DNA of 64,000 bases. Source: Methanobacteriota archaeon (GTDB lineage: Archaea; Thermoplasmatota; Thermoplasmata; SG8-5; JAGLSY01). The notes under the pieces are model-generated. The model worked only from the letters and a program-made list of their open reading frames with translations. It had not been told where the DNA came from and ran no database searches. Positions 60,801 to 64,000 of the stretch are shown here, piece after piece. The DNA lies in NCBI GenBank assembly GCA_020696385.1, contig JAEHCQ010000003.1:87615-151614 (forward strand). Direction: 5' to 3'. Position 1 is the stretch's first letter, and every line of letters starts with the position of its first letter. Made by a program: the position numbers and the translations under genes.

Positions 60801-63730
60801 CCCCAACAGTACTTGGAACAAACCCAGCAAATGTAACATTTGGTGTGGCAATTGCAGCAGGAACATATGTTATTCAGTTCAGCGAACCAATGGACACTGG
60901 CATAACAGCTGTGGGAACTGATCTACCAGGAGCTTCAGTCTCTTGGTTTAGTTCAGACACACTCGAAATAGACTACACTGCCCTGACAGAAAGCACAGTG
61001 TATGGGATCAGTCTGATAGGACGAGGACATCAAGATGTTGCAGGTAATGCACTAACAGGCTCAATGGGATTCATCTTCATAACAGGTGACTTCACTGGCC
61101 CAACAATAACCTCCACAACACCAACTGATGGCGGAATAGATGCAGCAACAGGTACTAGCTTTGTCGTCAACTGGGATGAAGAAATGGATGATGGAGTAGG
61201 TACTGTGAATATAGTTCCTGCACCACTTGTCGCAGGAAGCTGGGCATGGTCAGCAGCCAATCAAACATACACATACTCTGGAATGACATGGGCAGAAGAG
61301 ACAACTTATGTCTTGACCTTCAGCAACTTCGCAGACACATCCGCTAATGCAGCAACTGGAGATCTCGTTAAGTCTTTCACAACAGCTGATGAGACCGATC
61401 CAACAGTGATATCGACATTACCAGTTGATGATGCAACAAGTGTGGCAATAACTGCAGGAACATTTGCAATTGAGTTCAGCGAACCAATGGATACATCCAT
61501 CAGCGGATTCACCTCTGACCTACCAACTACTGGATTTGGTTGGAGTGCAAATGGCATGTGGTTCAATCTGACATACTCGGCTTTGAATGAGGGGACCTTG
61601 TACACAACAAGTATCTGGTCACAGGGACACATGGACGAATCGGGAAATGCACTCGCAGGAACATTAGTGTTCGACTTCACGACCGGAGACTTCACAAACC
61701 CAGTATCAGCAGTTGATGCGATCAGCCCATATGAGCACACGGTAGCAACTCCACTGACAATAACTGCAGCAGCAAATGATGCAGGAAGCGGTGTTGCCAG
61801 CGTGGAATTGTTCTACAGACACTCCGTAGATGACGTGACATGGAGTGGCTGGACATCATACGGTGTCGATAATGCTATGCCATGGTCATGGAACTTCAAC
61901 TACCCAGATGGAGACGGAAGCTATGAATTCTATTCAATAGCCACTGACAATGTAAGCCTTGTGGAGACCGTGACAGGAGGAGCAGATACAACCGCAGGAT
62001 TGGATACTGTTGAACCAACATCATCCGTAGATGCAATTGGAACCTACTGGCAAACAACAAGCCCATTGGTCATAACCGCAACTGCAAACGATGATACAAG
62101 TGGTGTGGACACTGTCGAGCTGTTCTACAACTTCGATGGTGGTGCATGGATATCCTTCAGTGTGGACATTGCCGCACCGTGGGAATGGACATTCAACTTC
62201 CCGGATGGAGAGGGTGACTATGAATTCTATTCCATAGCATCTGATGACGCTGGGCATGTTGAAGCAGCACCAGCGGGAGCAGACACAACAGCAGGATTGG
62301 ATACAACAGTACCAACCATAATATCTGTGACTCCAGCAATAGACACGACCAACGTATCTGTTGCCAATGGAACGCTCATCATTGAGTTCAGCGAGCCGGT
62401 GTGGGATAACGGATTATCACCTGCTTCAAATATCAATGTCATAAATGTTTCTTGGAATGCAGCCCATGATATTGTCACTCTGGAAATTGTGAATTTGACT
62501 GATCTGACTGTCTACTACCTAAACATGACCAACTTAGCACTTGTAGACGCGGCAGGCAATTTGCTTGTTAGCCAGAACATCACCTTCACAACAGGTGATG
62601 AGACTGCGCCAGTGGCAGATGCAGGAGCTGATGAAGATATCATCGATGGTGTTCTATTGACCTTCGATGGTTCTGGTTCTACAGACAATGATGCCATAGA
62701 CAGCTACACATGGACATTCACCGACGGAACTGCACAAACTCTGAACGGAGTAGCACCAACATACACCTTCGACAATGTAGGTGTATTCGTGGTCACACTC
62801 ACCGTTACAGATGCCTACAACAACACACACACAGACACCATGACCGTGACTGTTATTTCAGGAGTTGATGCGACAGCACCAGAGGCAGATGCAGGCGCAG
62901 ATCAGACCGTTGATGAAGGAACAGTTGTATCCTTTGATGGTTCTGGTTCTACAGACAATGATGTCATAGACAACTACACATGGACATTCACCGACGGAAC
63001 TGCACAGACAATGTACGGAGCAACTCCAGACTATAACTTCACAACCCCTGGAGCCTACATCGTGACACTTACAGTCACCGATGCCGGAAACAACACAGAC
63101 ACAGACACAATACTTGTGACCGTGGATGCCCTACCATTGGATACTGACGGCGACGGAATACCAGATGCAACAGACACAGATGACGACGATGATGGTGTTC
63201 TTGATGTGGACGATGACCTCCCATTGGATGACAGCGATAGTGTTGACACGGATGGCGATGGGATCGGAAACACAGCAGATACCGACGATGACGGCGATGG
63301 TACATTGGACACAGCGGATGACTTCCCACTGGATGAAACTGAGGACACGGACACAGATGGGGATGGAACCGGAGACAATGCAGATACCGACGACGATGAC
63401 GATGGTGTGCTTGATGCAGACGATGACTTCCCACTGGATGATGAAGAATCAGTAGATACAGATGGGGATGGGATCGGAAACAATGCAGATACCGACGACG
63501 ATGGTGATGACATACTCGATGTAGATGATGACGAACCATTGACACCAGCGGCAATTGATGACGACGATGACAGCGCAAGCAGTTATCTTTGGATCATCAT
63601 CCTGCTCGTAGCAGTTGGCATTGTAGGTGCTTTGATCTTCATGAAGAAGGGCAAGAAACCAGAAGCAGCAGCTCCACCAGAAGCAGCAGCCCCAGCATCT
63701 GAAGAGCCACAGCCACCCGGACCTGAATAG
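57884..63730 (+). CDS. 1948-aa surface/S-layer-like protein: duplicated N-domain, SbsA-type Ig repeats, PKD, TSP3-like repeats, C-terminal TM
   Basis: Signal peptide, ITFSEPM and D.AGN repeats, P.ADAG.D...FDGSGSTDN PKD domains, DTDGDG repeats, TM followed by KKGKK. Confidence 0.92.
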   Translation: MNKMNKKILATFMALGMVSMTFAMLVPAVSAADDQAEPSAFPTSMLDPFMSDVSTVGFFVAGVIDIVGANVIVDVDSTTGAFADGAGNFGSFSATSNAAGAYRVSVTGLNEAFTYYYRVRFVDGGDTTYFPGAGVAVGPERIGATSAPVSNTAVSQLVRETVTATGQGNMLAVMSVDNTWPLTFFTMGTGLAAYANNNLRDMTTGFYHAQNDVTSTFYLGGYGMWNDGSGLMYWSSVPLDDTYTGIPAPMSGVDTYLPIAASTPPVSMLDPFMSDVSTVGFFVAGVVDMAGATIIVDVDSTTDAFADGAGNFGSFSGASNAAGAYRVSVTGLDEAFTYYYRVRLVDGADTAYFPAAGTAVGPTRIGATSAPVSNTAVSMRSYEWNPPATTGQALMLATMSVDNTWPLSFFTVPAPAGMAAFANNNLRDMTTGFYHAQNDVTSTFYLGAYGMWDSGSGAMYWQSNMTDDTYTGIPAPLSTVSTYPPAGASTAKVTGPTGVSTDNTPDVTFTTVGNPATVDIWSWDGTSWTNEGTDADGVGPFTVAALADGTYSWYAQSPSEAVPEDAGDAEAGPYMIDSTAPTISSTSPTHLDTGVAATANVVITFDEPMNTGTVGYTSSPLVTFTESWDGTNSIMTLNPNTDLAELTSYTVTITAGQDIAGNLLVGTPIDIQFTTADTTAPTAAPTPADGITGVSTALPSYTITFSEPMQAVGTIATDDLPGGSWAWTTTTTYVKTGFTLAEVTAYDVVLNANFLDLAGNAVTGDITYVFTTADETAPTAAPTPVDGAIDVATATASYTITFSEPMQAVGTIATDDLPGGSWAWTTTTTYVKTGFTLAEVTAYDVVLNANFLDLAGNVVTGDITYAFTTADETAPTIIGVTPADGAIGVSVASGVMVIELSEPVTITTPPTDNLPNSNGGLDPTGMWANVTYDALADLTTYYLDMTGSGITDLAGNPLGGNLNITFTTGDFTAPTVLGTNPANVTFGVAIAAGTYVIQFSEPMDTGITAVGTDLPGASVSWFSSDTLEIDYTALTESTVYGISLIGRGHQDVAGNALTGSMGFIFITGDFTGPTITSTTPTDGGIDAATGTSFVVNWDEEMDDGVGTVNIVPAPLVAGSWAWSAANQTYTYSGMTWAEETTYVLTFSNFADTSANAATGDLVKSFTTADETDPTVISTLPVDDATSVAITAGTFAIEFSEPMDTSISGFTSDLPTTGFGWSANGMWFNLTYSALNEGTLYTTSIWSQGHMDESGNALAGTLVFDFTTGDFTNPVSAVDAISPYEHTVATPLTITAAANDAGSGVASVELFYRHSVDDVTWSGWTSYGVDNAMPWSWNFNYPDGDGSYEFYSIATDNVSLVETVTGGADTTAGLDTVEPTSSVDAIGTYWQTTSPLVITATANDDTSGVDTVELFYNFDGGAWISFSVDIAAPWEWTFNFPDGEGDYEFYSIASDDAGHVEAAPAGADTTAGLDTTVPTIISVTPAIDTTNVSVANGTLIIEFSEPVWDNGLSPASNINVINVSWNAAHDIVTLEIVNLTDLTVYYLNMTNLALVDAAGNLLVSQNITFTTGDETAPVADAGADEDIIDGVLLTFDGSGSTDNDAIDSYTWTFTDGTAQTLNGVAPTYTFDNVGVFVVTLTVTDAYNNTHTDTMTVTVISGVDATAPEADAGADQTVDEGTVVSFDGSGSTDNDVIDNYTWTFTDGTAQTMYGATPDYNFTTPGAYIVTLTVTDAGNNTDTDTILVTVDALPLDTDGDGIPDATDTDDDDDGVLDVDDDLPLDDSDSVDTDGDGIGNTADTDDDGDGTLDTADDFPLDETEDTDTDGDGTGDNADTDDDDDGVLDADDDFPLDDEESVDTDGDGIGNNADTDDDGDDILDVDDDEPLTPAAIDDDDDSASSYLWIIILLVAVGIVGALIFMKKGKKPEAAAPPEAAAPASEEPQPPGPE

Positions 63731-63751
63731 GCGTCTAAAGAACGAAGAAAT

Positions 63752-63791
63752 GGGCGCGGGTAAAACCGCGCCCCCTTTTACTTTTTTTTTT
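63752..63791 (+). terminator. GC hairpin with poly-T
   Basis: GGGCGCGG/CCGCGCCC followed by a T-run. Confidence 0.75.
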
Positions 63792-63792
63792 A

Positions 63793-64000
63793 AGATGTGT
63801 ATTTCCATGAAATACATGCATCTTTTTTATCTAATACGTATTTAATTTTATGTATACTGAGTATTTGATTCTGAGATGTGTATTTCCATGAAATACATGC
63901 ATCTTTTTTATCTAATACGTATTTAATTTTATGTATACTGAGTATTTGATTCTGAGATGTGTATTTCCATGAAATACATGCATCTTTTTTATCTAATACA
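63793..64000. repeat. 81-bp tandem repeat, about 2.5 near-identical units to the window edge
   Basis: Units start at 63793, 63874 and 63955. Each has an AGATG-TGTATTTC/GAAATACA-TG-CATCT hairpin followed by a T-run. Confidence 0.9.

Noticed and set aside
63793-64000. CRISPR array
   Set aside because: The would-be spacers are identical and no cas genes are in the window.

Overview
Archaeal chromosomal window, probably a Thermoplasmata-like heterotroph. Evidence is an intron-containing tRNA, TATA/BRE promoters, archaeal RNase HII, HTH-10 and wHTH regulators; the lineage is inference. Core content covers amino-acid, peptide and fatty-acid catabolism: gcvPA/gcvPB, a LipS1-like radical SAM, acyl-CoA dehydrogenase-EtfB-(ferredoxin)EtfA, two M29 aminopeptidases, an S8 protease, a second acyl-CoA dehydrogenase and SCP2. 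It also has catalase, RNase HII, a DtxR-family regulator and five giant secreted or surface proteins. An accessory region at about 27.7-46 kb holds BRO, an Imm-like gene, DUF4365-TPR, AbiV-like HEPN, MDR dehydrogenases and a STAND-TPR protein. Main observations: (1) small fold-back insertions that carry an inverted copy of their own target, found at both ends of tRNA-Ser(CGA) and in-frame at the gcvPB start; (2) three dispersed copies of a multi-hairpin element of about 200 bp with a compensatory base change; (3) a full bacterial-type PNPase behind an archaeal-type promoter, with a long UUGGA-repeat leader that shares a 13-nt motif with the leader of the adjacent CxxC-x17-CxxC gene; (4) 64-bp hairpin/TATA direct repeats that delimit cassette-like genes in the defence island. 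All calls were made by eye; no database searches were run.
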